Source: Candidatus Woesearchaeota archaeon (GTDB lineage: Archaea > Nanobdellota > Nanobdellia > Woesearchaeales > SKGA01). From it: a stretch of 64,000 bases of DNA. The notes beneath the pieces were generated by a model that made no database searches, was not told the DNA's origin, and saw only the letters and a program-made list of their open reading frames with translations. Position numbers and translations under genes: made by a program. Below are positions 48,362 to 59,031 of this stretch, one piece after another (the first letter of the stretch is position 1; every line of letters starts with the position of its first letter). The stretch covers positions 24,556 to 88,555 of the forward strand of contig JAFGOT010000014.1 of the NCBI GenBank assembly GCA_016926395.1, in the 5' to 3' direction.

Positions 48362-49424
48362 TTTGAGAATGAATAAGTATAAAACTACAGGAGAACAAAT
48401 GTTTTTAGTTGCTTCTATATTCTTTTTTTTAATAAATTTATTTTTTCAAAACGCTTTACATTCCTATCTTGATTTCTCTTTCTGGTGGATTTTAATATTT
48501 TTAATGTATCCAATAGTTCATTTGCTACAATTTAGAATAAATACAAGAGCAACAAATTATATTTATACAGGAGTTATACTTCTAACAATATATCAGTTAT
48601 TATTTATTTTCGTAAGTTTGTTTGCTTATATAGTTGATATAATTTTCAAAATTCTTATTCCTATGAGCTATTTATTAATTTTTAATCTTGTGATTTTAAT
48701 AATTGGATTTATTTATTCAGAAATAATAGTTGTAAGAAAATTATCAATAAATTCCCCTAAAATAAAACAAAAAACACGAATTGTTCAAATTTCAGACTTA
48801 CACGCACACGGGATTTCTTCAGAAAGTTTAATATCTAAAGTAGCTAAAAAAGTTAAAAAACAAAAACCCGATATTCTTGTAATAACTGGGGATTTATTTG
48901 ATTATTATGGTTTGCCTTCTAAGAACTCTCTTAAAGAAATTAACGCATTAAAAATTCCAACATATTATGTTTATGGAAATCACGAAAATATGTTATTAAG
49001 AGATTACGCCTCAAAATTAATTGATGACTCTAGTGTGATTCCTTTGGTAAATGAAAACATCAAATTTAATGAACTACAATTAATAGGCCTTGATGATTGT
49101 AATAATGGATGTTTAAATGATGGACTTAAAAAACAGCAAATAGACAATGAAGCTTATTCGATATTATTACAACATAAACCAATAAATGTTGAAAACATCT
49201 CTAAAAAAGGAATTGATTTAATGCTCAGCGGCCATACGCATGGAGGGCAATTTTTCCCGTTTAATTTGCTTCTAAATATGACTTGGAAATATCTTGGCGG
49301 ATATTATAGAGTTAACGACATGAATCTATATGTATCTAGAGGGACGGGGACTAAATCATTTCCATTTAGACTGTTTATACCAAATGAATTAACTGTTGTG
49401 GATTTGTTACCTCAAACTAAATAA
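48354..49424 (+). CDS. membrane-anchored calcineurin-like metallophosphoesterase
   Basis: 4-5 N-terminal TM helices, then QISDLHAHG, ITGDLFD, VYGNHEN, GHTHGGQ phosphoesterase motifs. Confidence 0.7.
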   Translation: MFDLRMNKYKTTGEQMFLVASIFFFLINLFFQNALHSYLDFSFWWILIFLMYPIVHLLQFRINTRATNYIYTGVILLTIYQLLFIFVSLFAYIVDIIFKILIPMSYLLIFNLVILIIGFIYSEIIVVRKLSINSPKIKQKTRIVQISDLHAHGISSESLISKVAKKVKKQKPDILVITGDLFDYYGLPSKNSLKEINALKIPTYYVYGNHENMLLRDYASKLIDDSSVIPLVNENIKFNELQLIGLDDCNNGCLNDGLKKQQIDNEAYSILLQHKPINVENISKKGIDLMLSGHTHGGQFFPFNLLLNMTWKYLGGYYRVNDMNLYVSRGTGTKSFPFRLFIPNELTVVDLLPQTK

Positions 49425-49457
49425 ACTTTTTAAAGGGTCATTTACTTTTCTAATTTA

Positions 49458-50423
49458 ATGAAAAGACCTGTATACTTTGAGAGAGCTTTGTTCTTTAGTT
49501 GGTACTGTGGTCTTGGAGATTGTACTTTTTGTTATATGTCAACTCTAAAAGACAATAAAACAGACCCTAAATTAGCTCGACGAAGGTTCTCATCAATATT
49601 TGCTGAAGCATTAATATCAAAAGTTATGGGTTGGAAAATTGAGTTTATTTCTGGTGGTTATGATTCATACACTAAAGATGAACTAGTTTATTTAGTTAAA
49701 GGCGTGTATGAAATTACAGGTCAAAAACAGTGGCTTAACTTAGGAACTTTATCAAAAAAAGAGCTGGAACTTTTCAAACCCTATACTGAAGGTTTTGCAG
49801 GAACAATAGAGACTGTAAATTGGGAACTAAGAAAAAAAGTTTGTCCAAGTAAAGTTTTGCCACCTATTTTCACCTCTTTTGAATTTTGTGACGAACTAAA
49901 TATAAAAAAATCTATAACTATTATAATTGGTCTTGGTGAAACTGAAGATGATATTCCTGAATTAATTAAATTCATTAAAGAATACAATATTGATAAAATT
50001 ACTTTTTATGCATTAAATCCTCACGAAGATACTTGTTTTACAAAATCTCCTGAAAAAGAATATTATGCAACTTGGATAAGAAAAACAAGAGAATCATTCC
50101 CTACGTTACCTATAGTTGCCGGTGCTTGGCTTGACAAAACGGACTACTATAAAGCTGTTTTAGAAGCAGGAGCAACAAGCATAACAAAAATTCCTTCAAT
50201 AAGAAAATTTGGATCTGATGAAGTTCGTGAAATTGTTAAATCAGTGGAAGAAGCAGGTTGTGAGTTCCAAGGAACTTTAACTGAAATGCCAAATGTGAAT
50301 TGGGAAAAATTAGTTAAAGATCTTCCAAGTGAAACTTTTGATGATAAATTAAAAGAAGAAATAGTTGGGAAACTAAATAGCTATTTGAAAAAGATGAGAA
50401 AAGGCTCTTTTACCAATAATTAA
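49458..50423 (+). CDS. putative radical SAM-like TIM-barrel protein with unusual CX4CX2C
   Basis: YCGLGDCTFCYMS near the N-terminus; assignment is tentative. Confidence 0.4.
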   Translation: MKRPVYFERALFFSWYCGLGDCTFCYMSTLKDNKTDPKLARRRFSSIFAEALISKVMGWKIEFISGGYDSYTKDELVYLVKGVYEITGQKQWLNLGTLSKKELELFKPYTEGFAGTIETVNWELRKKVCPSKVLPPIFTSFEFCDELNIKKSITIIIGLGETEDDIPELIKFIKEYNIDKITFYALNPHEDTCFTKSPEKEYYATWIRKTRESFPTLPIVAGAWLDKTDYYKAVLEAGATSITKIPSIRKFGSDEVREIVKSVEEAGCEFQGTLTEMPNVNWEKLVKDLPSETFDDKLKEEIVGKLNSYLKKMRKGSFTNN

Positions 50424-51261
50424 TTTTCTTTAGATATTCTCTCATTTCAATTGCTGCTGTATCTTGTGAGTCTCGGCTTTCAGAAATGACTGTTGGAGAC
50501 ATTTTAAATTCTTTAATTAAATCACAAAATGGTTCGGGATGAGGTTTGTAATCTCTCTCGGTGTGAGCTCTGTGACGTATTTCTCCTTTATCATTGTATT
50601 CAAGAGGTGCAAAATGACAATGAAGATTTCTTAATCCTTCTTTTCCTAAACCTTTTTCAATTTGTTCAAAAATAATTCGAAAATCATTCTTTGATTGTAA
50701 AAAACCACCATCTCTTGCATGAAGATGGCCAAAATCAACACAAGGGGCTAAGCCTTCTATTTCACTACACATTTCTATGACTTCACTAACACTTCCTAGT
50801 TGAGATTTTTTCCCCATCACTTCTGGATTTATGGTGGTTTTGATTCCAACATCTTCTTTCCATTTACAAAGATTTTTTAGTTCTTTTTTTAATTGAGAGA
50901 ATGGATTTGTTCCATTATAATATCCTGGATGAAGAACTGCACTTGTAGCTCCCATGATGTGTGCTCGAGTTAAACTTTTCTTAACACGTTCACGACTACG
51001 AAGAACTACTTCTTCTTTATCGCTTGTTAAAACAACAAAGTATGGACAATGAACGCTGAGTTTTATATTTCCTTTTTTAGCGTTATCACCCATTATTTGA
51101 GCACGTTCGTCACTCATTTTAACACCGTGAGTGAATAGAACTTCGTATGCGTTAAGTCCTATGCTATCGATCCAAAGAGGAGCAAGAAGTCTGTCTTTTT
51201 TAAATTCGGATTCGAAGAAATTTGGTGGATTACCGCTAGTACCAAGATGTACTTTACTCAT
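50410..51261 (-). CDS. nfo: endonuclease IV (AP endonuclease family 2)
   Basis: LSVHCPYFVVLTS (HAPYLINL-like) and SAVLHPGYY; xylose-isomerase-like TIM barrel pattern. Confidence 0.8.
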   Translation of the reverse strand: MSKVHLGTSGNPPNFFESEFKKDRLLAPLWIDSIGLNAYEVLFTHGVKMSDERAQIMGDNAKKGNIKLSVHCPYFVVLTSDKEEVVLRSRERVKKSLTRAHIMGATSAVLHPGYYNGTNPFSQLKKELKNLCKWKEDVGIKTTINPEVMGKKSQLGSVSEVIEMCSEIEGLAPCVDFGHLHARDGGFLQSKNDFRIIFEQIEKGLGKEGLRNLHCHFAPLEYNDKGEIRHRAHTERDYKPHPEPFCDLIKEFKMSPTVISESRDSQDTAAIEMREYLKKINYW

Positions 51262-51299
51262 ATTGAAAATTTATTTTTTTAAGTTTATATTTGTTTCTT

Positions 51300-53693
51300 T
51301 TAGAAAAAACTATCTAGCCCTGATTGTTTAGAACCTTTCATGACATCCTCAAATGAACTATCAAGAAGACCAAGAACACTATCTGCAATTGGTTTGATTT
51401 GTTTTTCAATGTAATGATCATAATCTAGTGGTGCGAGTATTTTCTGGATTGGTTGTGGACCTTCAAGAGTTATAACATATTCAATAATGCTACCTTCTAT
51501 TTTATCAAGCATACGTGCCGCTTTAACGTGAGGGGGGGTTGTTTTGGTATAGCTTTCAACGTCTTTACGCAAAGATTTTCTATAAACTAATAGTTCATCC
51601 AATTTTCCTGATTTAATATCATCAACAAAATTAGAAACAAAATTTTCTATTGCTTCATCTTTGGCATCGCTAAAAATTAAATCAAGAAGTTTAAGTTGAA
51701 ATTCTTTAGCAAGTTCGGTCCAGTCACGACGGACAAATTCGAGACCTGTAAAATCCAACTGTTCTTTTTGACTTTCAGTTCCTAATCCTGTAACTTTCAA
51801 TCCTGCATAACGTTTTTTAGCACCAACTTCTGTTCCTCTAGCTTTTGGCATAAAAAATTTCTTGAAAAGTTTTTCATATTCTAACTCTAAAACAGAATTC
51901 GTATTATATTTTTCTTCGATGTGTTTTTGAATAAATTTGTTTAAATCTTTTTCAATAGATTTACCTATATTGTCTGCTTCGAGAAGATCTTTTGTCTTGA
52001 CATCAACAAAAACAGAATCTGTATCTCCATAAATAACATCATAACCTTGTTCTTCAAGACGAGATGCTGTTAATTTAATGAAATATTGTCCAAAAGAAGT
52101 TATTGAGTTGGATAAGTTTCTAATATGATATCTTGAATTTGGACTTGCAAGAACCCCGTACATAGAATTCATCAAAATCTTAATTGCATAACGTGCCAAT
52201 TCGTTTCCTTGTCTTCGAGCAACATCACGTTCATCCCACAAAGTTTTAAGCATAGACGGCATAATTCCCTCTTCATTCCTAAAAACTGCATCGTTTGGGG
52301 CAATAATATATTGATCTTTGTCATTAACGTCAATTTCTTGTTCTAAGTATTGTTTTTCACCAACATAAGAATAGGGATCAATATTAAACGTTCTCATAAG
52401 AGATGGATATAGTGATTTAAAATCAAGAACTAACACATTATCATAAATTCCTGGTTTGGAAGAACGAACATATCCTCCAATTCCTTCTTCACTATTTGTA
52501 GGTCTAGTGCTTGGAGCAACAACTCCTTTTTTTCTAAGTTCACGCAAATACAAAGAATCAAAACTAGCAATGCTTGCTTTAACAGAATCCATGTGAAGAC
52601 CTGTTAATAATGATCGCTGCATAGTTAAGTCATAAACGCCACTTTTAATTATAATATCGTATGTTAACCGAGAATCTTTGATGTTGTATGCGATGAATTG
52701 CTTTGGATTATTAGTATACATTTCATCAATTATTTCAAAACGTTTATCTTCTTCAATTAATTTACTGTCATTTAGAAAGTGCTTAGCAGCAGTGTTAAGT
52801 TTGTAATCGTCAAGTTTGATGAATGATGATTTTAATAATTGAATACCATCAAGAATTACTCGGCCATACGCATTTGCTGATGAGTCTCTAAAAAAAGAAG
52901 ATTCTATTCTTAATGAACTATTTCTATCGTCACGACCAATATTAAATGATAATTTGTAAAACTTTGCTCTTTCAAGAATAACTTTCAAGTCAAAATCAAT
53001 AACGTGCCATCCTGTTATTATATCAGGGTCATATTCTCTTATAATTTTGAAAAACCAAGATATTAAATCTTGTTCTTCTGAAAATAATGTTATGTTTTTA
53101 TCAAATTCTTTTTCGAATTTACTTACTGAATCGTTTTTTAGAATTCCTGCAAATTCTTCTTTGTCTGTTGCAAACGAGATTGAGTAAATTATATTTGCTT
53201 TGGCGTCAGTCTCAATGTCAAAAGCTATCATTTTAGGAGAACATTTTTTTACTATTTCTGGAGTTTTACTTACTGGATTTATTTCTGGATTAACGAATAA
53301 TATATCTGTATACTTGCCTTTTAGTTCTTCTCCCTTGATATCTAATAATGCAAGAATTCCTTTATCCATCAAAAAACGGCGAGTAAATTGAATGTCTGCT
53401 TCAAAACAAGGAACATCGCTTTTTTCAAAAAGAGACCGAAGCTCAGGAACTTCTTTTGGACTTAAGGTATTAATCTTAAGAACAGGTTCTTTTTGCATTG
53501 TTGTAAGTGTTGTTTCTTCCGCTGTGATTTCTGCTTTTATTAATTTTTTATCTTCTTTTCTAATGAAAAAATAAGGGGTGTATGGAACTTGAATTTCAAA
53601 TGATTTTTGATTCTCAAGTCTTCCAAACAAATGAACTATTGTAATATTATTTTCTGTGGTATAATGACTGTTTGTGATAAATCCTAAAACCAT
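51300..53693 (-). CDS. polB: family B DNA polymerase
   Basis: Exo motif FDIETD; motif A DFKSLYPSLM; motif C YGDTDSVFV; KKRYAG. Confidence 0.95.
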   Translation of the reverse strand: MVLGFITNSHYTTENNITIVHLFGRLENQKSFEIQVPYTPYFFIRKEDKKLIKAEITAEETTLTTMQKEPVLKINTLSPKEVPELRSLFEKSDVPCFEADIQFTRRFLMDKGILALLDIKGEELKGKYTDILFVNPEINPVSKTPEIVKKCSPKMIAFDIETDAKANIIYSISFATDKEEFAGILKNDSVSKFEKEFDKNITLFSEEQDLISWFFKIIREYDPDIITGWHVIDFDLKVILERAKFYKLSFNIGRDDRNSSLRIESSFFRDSSANAYGRVILDGIQLLKSSFIKLDDYKLNTAAKHFLNDSKLIEEDKRFEIIDEMYTNNPKQFIAYNIKDSRLTYDIIIKSGVYDLTMQRSLLTGLHMDSVKASIASFDSLYLRELRKKGVVAPSTRPTNSEEGIGGYVRSSKPGIYDNVLVLDFKSLYPSLMRTFNIDPYSYVGEKQYLEQEIDVNDKDQYIIAPNDAVFRNEEGIMPSMLKTLWDERDVARRQGNELARYAIKILMNSMYGVLASPNSRYHIRNLSNSITSFGQYFIKLTASRLEEQGYDVIYGDTDSVFVDVKTKDLLEADNIGKSIEKDLNKFIQKHIEEKYNTNSVLELEYEKLFKKFFMPKARGTEVGAKKRYAGLKVTGLGTESQKEQLDFTGLEFVRRDWTELAKEFQLKLLDLIFSDAKDEAIENFVSNFVDDIKSGKLDELLVYRKSLRKDVESYTKTTPPHVKAARMLDKIEGSIIEYVITLEGPQPIQKILAPLDYDHYIEKQIKPIADSVLGLLDSSFEDVMKGSKQSGLDSFF

Positions 53694-53779
53694 ATTATTA
53701 GAACATTATTCTTTATTTATAAACCCTATCATCAACACAAACCTTTTTAAAAAGAGTTTATTTAAAAAAGACTATTAAG

Positions 53780-54316
53780 ATGGTGAGAAATCTTAGAAAC
53801 TCTAGAAAAGGAGCCTATTTTTTTGTACTTGATGCTATAATTGGCATTCTAATATTTGCAACAACTGTTTTTATAATTGCTGGCTTTAATACGTTTAAAC
53901 CCGCGACAGGAGCTCTTTCTCAACAACTAGATTTATTATCGGCTGACCTTTATGAAACTGAACTTCGAAATGTTGATATCACTGCTGATTTTTTCTTAGA
54001 TTTAAAGCAAAACCATCCTTTATATGATCCTTATTTGACGGTTGATGAATTTGTTTATTTTTTAGTTTTATCAAGTGAAACTGATAAAGCATCTTTATTG
54101 GTTGGAAATTTAACTAATTGGCTTGTTCCTTCTTATGGTATTAACTATTCAATAACTTATGGATCGAACATAGTAACTGTATTTTATAGGGACTCGACGA
54201 TAACAACATATGAAGATAGTAGATCAAGTTTAGCTAGAGAAAAAGTTACTGTTTTAGGTTCAAATATGACTAATTTTATTGAACCCGGATTTTCTTCGGT
54301 GGTGATTTGGAGATGA
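53780..54316 (+). CDS. pilin-like protein with class III signal peptide
   Basis: NSRKGAYFFVLDAIIGILIFATTVFIIAGF. Confidence 0.6.
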   Translation: MVRNLRNSRKGAYFFVLDAIIGILIFATTVFIIAGFNTFKPATGALSQQLDLLSADLYETELRNVDITADFFLDLKQNHPLYDPYLTVDEFVYFLVLSSETDKASLLVGNLTNWLVPSYGINYSITYGSNIVTVFYRDSTITTYEDSRSSLAREKVTVLGSNMTNFIEPGFSSVVIWR

Positions 54317-55419
54317 ATAAATCACACTTAAATAAAGCTCAATTGTTTTCTATGATGGCCATATTTATGTCTGCTCTTTTTATCATAATGTTTTCAGGTT
54401 TAACTCATGTAGCATTAAATAAAGATGTGGAAATAATTGAAACAGAAATTGCTAGATTTGGGACTTTGGCTGAAAGCTTAGATTACTTTGTTCACAAATC
54501 ACTTGATACATCTGGATTTATAATTTTACACAACTCAGCCCAAAAATTATATGAAGACTGTGGAGGTTCACCAACTCCTGCTTGTTATTTTAGCAACTTT
54601 ACACAAACATTTTATGATTGTTTAGATGTGGGTGAGTCATCTGATGGTTGGGATTGTATGGGTGATATTGACCCTCCTAATCATAACGCATCATATAAAG
54701 CACAACTTGAATTCTTAGCTGATGAACTTGAAAATCGCTATGCTGATTTGCAAATAAATATTTCTGATACAAAGGTGGGGGTAAGACAATCCGGGCCTTA
54801 TACGTTTGAACTAACTGCCGAAGTTGAACTTGCAATGATTAGACCTGGTTATTCTTGGGATCGTTTTTTTAATGTAACTCGAGAAGTTAATGTTATGGGA
54901 ATGAATGACCCTGCACTATCTGCTTTTAGAATAAATAAATCTATTTTAGTTCATCCAACGGAAGGGGAACTTATGACTGTTGCTTCACTTAGTGGGAATT
55001 ATTATAGGATTGCACAAGTAGTTAATGATTCATATTATATTCGAGATAATCGTTCAGGTATTTCAATAACTGAAATGTTTGAAGGAGTGCGATTGGTAAC
55101 TCCTAATAATGATACTCATCCTTTTGGAATTACGTGTGTGTTACCATTAGATTTGGTAGAAGATGGATCAGGAGTTCTTCAAAACAGAGATAATCGTTCT
55201 CTTCTAGAGCATCAATTCTTGGGCGATTTTTTATTTACTGGAGGGAATACTCTTTTTAGGTTTGATGATGAAAATTTTTATGGTGTTGATGATGATATTA
55301 TTGTTGATTCTGGTTTCTTTGCAAGGTTAAGTATTCTAAATTTTAAGTATGTTGGAAATTGTTGCAGGGATAGTCAATATTATGGTGTTGATGGTGCTTG
55401 TGATAATAGTTGCGGTTAG
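54307..55419 (+). CDS. pilin-like protein with class III signal peptide (Ala at -1), Cys-rich C-terminus
   Basis: LNKAQLFSMMAIFMSALFIIMFSGL; 10-nt overlap with the previous gene. Confidence 0.5.
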   Translation: MEMNKSHLNKAQLFSMMAIFMSALFIIMFSGLTHVALNKDVEIIETEIARFGTLAESLDYFVHKSLDTSGFIILHNSAQKLYEDCGGSPTPACYFSNFTQTFYDCLDVGESSDGWDCMGDIDPPNHNASYKAQLEFLADELENRYADLQINISDTKVGVRQSGPYTFELTAEVELAMIRPGYSWDRFFNVTREVNVMGMNDPALSAFRINKSILVHPTEGELMTVASLSGNYYRIAQVVNDSYYIRDNRSGISITEMFEGVRLVTPNNDTHPFGITCVLPLDLVEDGSGVLQNRDNRSLLEHQFLGDFLFTGGNTLFRFDDENFYGVDDDIIVDSGFFARLSILNFKYVGNCCRDSQYYGVDGACDNSCG

Positions 55420-55477
55420 TTCTTCACTGCAAAATGGTTAATAAACTTTATAACTCTTTTTTAAAATAAATATAGCC

Positions 55478-55936
55478 ATGGACGAGGTGAGAGTCGAGAC
55501 AGGAGTAGATGAACTAATACGGTATCTACGAACTAAGGGGAAGGTTAGTCTAAAAGAGGCTTCTACTCATCTAAACATTCCAGAACAAACACTTCAATTA
55601 TGGCTTGATTTCTTGGTTGAAGAAAGAATAATTGGGATGGAATACAAATTCACAAAACCTTACATATTTCTAAATGAGGATGATAAATCCCAAATACTCG
55701 ATTCAAAAGAAGAACAAAAAAGAGACGTTACTATTGATACTTTTAAAGAAGAATTCTTTTCAAATGCGAAGAGAAAACAAATGCCCGAATCAAAAATACC
55801 TATGCTTTGGCAAGCTCATCTATCAACAGATATAGAAAGACAAAAAGAATTTTTTATGGCAGAGGCGGATAAGCGATCAATAAAAAATCCGGAAAAAGTG
55901 TTTGCTGTTTACAAACGAAGATTACTTGAGATGTAG
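55478..55936 (+). CDS. wHTH protein, homolog of N-domain of 37979-39124
   Basis: See the alignment under 37979-39124. Confidence 0.5.
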   Translation: MDEVRVETGVDELIRYLRTKGKVSLKEASTHLNIPEQTLQLWLDFLVEERIIGMEYKFTKPYIFLNEDDKSQILDSKEEQKRDVTIDTFKEEFFSNAKRKQMPESKIPMLWQAHLSTDIERQKEFFMAEADKRSIKNPEKVFAVYKRRLLEM

Positions 55937-55941
55937 AAAAT

Positions 55942-56697
55942 ATGGATATAGTTGCATTTTTAAAAAAAGACATTGTCACTTTCTTGGAAAACGCGTCTAA
56001 ATATGGTACTGCGGAGAACAAAGCTGTTGAGGAGGAGCTATCGTCTCTACTCTCACCAAGTTCGTCTTCAACAGATGTCTCCTCTTCTAAAAAATCTGAA
56101 CAACCAATTCAACAAACAGTGAATGTAACAATCGCAAAAGATATGGTAGAAAACGCTATCAAAGAAATTAAAGAAGAGAAAACAACACTCCCTCCTATTA
56201 AAGTTCCTGAAGAAAAACCAATAGAAAAGAAAGTAAGTCCAGAAAAGTTAGATGAAATTCAAAAGCAGATAATTGAATTAGACAATTATGTAAAAAATTC
56301 AAATATTCAAGAGACATTAAAATTATACAACCGATTAAAATTATTAGTACTAACTGTGACTTTAGATAAAGAACTTCAATCAAAATTATATACTTCTCTA
56401 AAAGATGCTGCAATCTTTCTAAACAAGAATAAAACACATTTAGAAGATAGTTTACAAGATAAATCAAAAAAACAAAAAAAGAAAGTGGAATCTTTAGAGA
56501 GCCACGAAAAAGAACACGAAACAGCAACCGTTTCAGATACTGGAAATACTTTTGAAATGCCAAGTTACATTAGGGCATTAAAAGCAATAAAAGAACACGA
56601 TAAGGTTACTGCGCTTGAATTATTAGTAAGTCTTTCAAAACAACATCCAAAGAATAGAGCAATAAAAATGAGGCTAAGAGAGGCATTATATCTCTGA
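55942..56697 (+). CDS. Lys/Glu-rich hypothetical protein
   Basis: Low-complexity charged ORF between the wHTH gene and the ATPase. Confidence 0.3.
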   Translation: MDIVAFLKKDIVTFLENASKYGTAENKAVEEELSSLLSPSSSSTDVSSSKKSEQPIQQTVNVTIAKDMVENAIKEIKEEKTTLPPIKVPEEKPIEKKVSPEKLDEIQKQIIELDNYVKNSNIQETLKLYNRLKLLVLTVTLDKELQSKLYTSLKDAAIFLNKNKTHLEDSLQDKSKKQKKKVESLESHEKEHETATVSDTGNTFEMPSYIRALKAIKEHDKVTALELLVSLSKQHPKNRAIKMRLREALYL

Positions 56698-56703
56698 TTT
56701 AAA

Positions 56704-58212
56704 ATGGACGGACAACAAGAACAACTAGACAGATACTCATTAACCGTAAACGATGTTTTGGTAGAAATAAATATAATCCGGTATAGAAATCATCCTGTTG
56801 CAAAATACTTAATCTCTATTACGAATATAAGCGATACCACAAAATTGATTCTTGAAAAAATAAGGCAAGACTTTATTCAACGAATTGATTTTTCTGCAAT
56901 TGAGAATTTCGAATCAAATGATCTTGAAAAAATTCAAAACAGATTCCGACGAGAAATAAGTGCACTATTAAAAAAATATTTTCCAGATTTAGATGAAAAA
57001 TCTGAATCAATGCTTTCAAATTATATTATTGAAGAAAACTTAGGATTTGGAAAAGTAGATATTTTGTTAGCAGATGAAAGAATAGAAGAAATAGTTATCA
57101 ATTCACACACTGAACCTGTTAGAGTCTATCATAAACAATACGGTTGGCTTGAAACAAATGTTAAAATAGTGACTGAAGCTAGAATAAGACATTACTCTTC
57201 TATGATTGGACGAAACGTTGGAAAAGAAATAACTGCTCTTAGTCCATTAATGGATGCACACTTAAAATCAGGAGACAGGGTTAATGCAACACTAACGCCA
57301 ATCAGTACTGCAGGTAACACAATAACGATTAGGAAATTCGCAAAAGATCCTTGGACTATTCCAAAATTCATTCAAGCTGGAACCGTATCTCTTGATGGAG
57401 CTGCATTTATGTGGCTTTGTATACAACAAGAGCTTTCTATTCTTGTAGCTGGGGGAACTGGTTCTGGGAAAACATCTATGCTTAATGTATTATCAAATTT
57501 TTTCCCACCAAGTCAACGTATAATTACAATTGAAGATACACGAGAACTTGTATTACCAAAAATAATGCATTGGGTTCCACTTGCAACTAGGCTTCCAAAC
57601 CCTGAAGGAAAGGGAGGCGTTACGATGCTTGATCTTCTAGTAAACAGTTTAAGGATGCGTCCAGACCGAATACTAGTAGGGGAAGTACGTAGAAAAGAAG
57701 AAGCACAGATCATGCTTGAAGCAATGCATACAGGTCACTCAGTATATGCTACAATTCACGCTAACAATGCAGATGAAGTAGTTGTACGTCTTTCAAACCC
57801 ACCTATTAGCATTCCAAAACCAATGCTTTCATCAATTGGATTAATATGTGTTCAAAACAGAAACAGAAGAACTGGAAAACGAAGAACATTACAATTAGCA
57901 GAAGTTCTTCCATCGGGCGATCCAAACGTAATACTGCAATTAAATGTACGAGATGATATATTACAAAAAATGAATGAAAGCCAAGTAATCTATGATAAAC
58001 TAGAATTATATTCAGGAATGTCAAGAGAAGATATCCAAAAAGATATTGAAAGCAAAAAGAAAGTTTTGCAATGGTTAATAGACAACCAATTTTTTGACAT
58101 AGAAACAGTAGGTAAAGTAATGTCTCAGTACTACATGGGAATACTTGATATGGATAATTGGAAAGATCAACAAGAAGAATATGCTCAAGACTTAAAAGAG
58201 CTAAAATCATAG
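56704..58212 (+). CDS. type IV pilus assembly ATPase (FlaI/TadA-like), paralog of 39168-40847
   Basis: Walker A GGTGSGKTSMLN; LVGEVRRKEE...HTGHSVYATIHANN. Confidence 0.9.
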   Translation: MDGQQEQLDRYSLTVNDVLVEINIIRYRNHPVAKYLISITNISDTTKLILEKIRQDFIQRIDFSAIENFESNDLEKIQNRFRREISALLKKYFPDLDEKSESMLSNYIIEENLGFGKVDILLADERIEEIVINSHTEPVRVYHKQYGWLETNVKIVTEARIRHYSSMIGRNVGKEITALSPLMDAHLKSGDRVNATLTPISTAGNTITIRKFAKDPWTIPKFIQAGTVSLDGAAFMWLCIQQELSILVAGGTGSGKTSMLNVLSNFFPPSQRIITIEDTRELVLPKIMHWVPLATRLPNPEGKGGVTMLDLLVNSLRMRPDRILVGEVRRKEEAQIMLEAMHTGHSVYATIHANNADEVVVRLSNPPISIPKPMLSSIGLICVQNRNRRTGKRRTLQLAEVLPSGDPNVILQLNVRDDILQKMNESQVIYDKLELYSGMSREDIQKDIESKKKVLQWLIDNQFFDIETVGKVMSQYYMGILDMDNWKDQQEEYAQDLKELKS

Positions 58213-58221
58213 GTAAATAAT

Positions 58222-59031
58222 ATGTCGTTTGTAAAGTATATACTTTTAAAACATCCTCTTCTAAAAAAAGAAATGCGAATGGCCGGAGTTCCTATAGATC
58301 CGGAAGGATTCGTAAAAAAATCTCTTAAAAGTGCTATTTTTATGGGCTTTATAGTTTTTGCAGGTTTATTTTTTTTAATGGGGAAAGAAAATCCCTCTCT
58401 TTTCAAACCTTTAGTTGGTGGTTTGTTAGTTGGTTACTTTTCATTTGCTTTTTCATTTAGAAAACTACAAGTAAAAATACAAAAAAAAGGAAAACAAATA
58501 GATAGAGATGTACTTTTTGCAGGACGATTCTTACTTGTAAAACTAAATAGTGGTAAGCCTTTAATTAATGCATTAGAAGAAGCATCAAACGGATTTGGTT
58601 ATGCTACAAAATATTTTCAAAATATTATGAGGGATTTGCATTTAGGTACTTCTTTAGAAACAGCTCTTGAAAGAGCTACGGAATACTGTCCATCTGAAAG
58701 TTTAAAAAAAATATTGTTTCAAATAACTAACGCATTAAAAATTGGTGTTGATGTAACTGATTTCTTGCAAGCAGTGCTTGATGAAATATCGGAAGAACAA
58801 TTAAGTCAAATAATTAGGTATGGAAAGAAACTATCTAGTTTAACGATGTTTTATATGCTTGGAGCAATAATTGTGCCAAGTTTGGGAATGACTTTGTTTG
58901 TTGTTGTTGCAGGGATGATAAATATTAATTTAGATTGGGTTGCTTTTGCAATAATAATATTTGGACTTGGAATAATTCAATTCGTGTTTATTACATTATT
59001 TAGGTCAGCAAGACCAAACCTTGATTTGTGA
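58222..59031 (+). CDS. TadC/FlaJ-like membrane protein
   Basis: DVLFAGRFLLVKLNSGKPLINALE aligns with EIVFAGRFLIIELHSGVPIHEAFE of 40848-41642. Confidence 0.7.
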   Translation: MSFVKYILLKHPLLKKEMRMAGVPIDPEGFVKKSLKSAIFMGFIVFAGLFFLMGKENPSLFKPLVGGLLVGYFSFAFSFRKLQVKIQKKGKQIDRDVLFAGRFLLVKLNSGKPLINALEEASNGFGYATKYFQNIMRDLHLGTSLETALERATEYCPSESLKKILFQITNALKIGVDVTDFLQAVLDEISEEQLSQIIRYGKKLSSLTMFYMLGAIIVPSLGMTLFVVVAGMININLDWVAFAIIIFGLGIIQFVFITLFRSARPNLDL

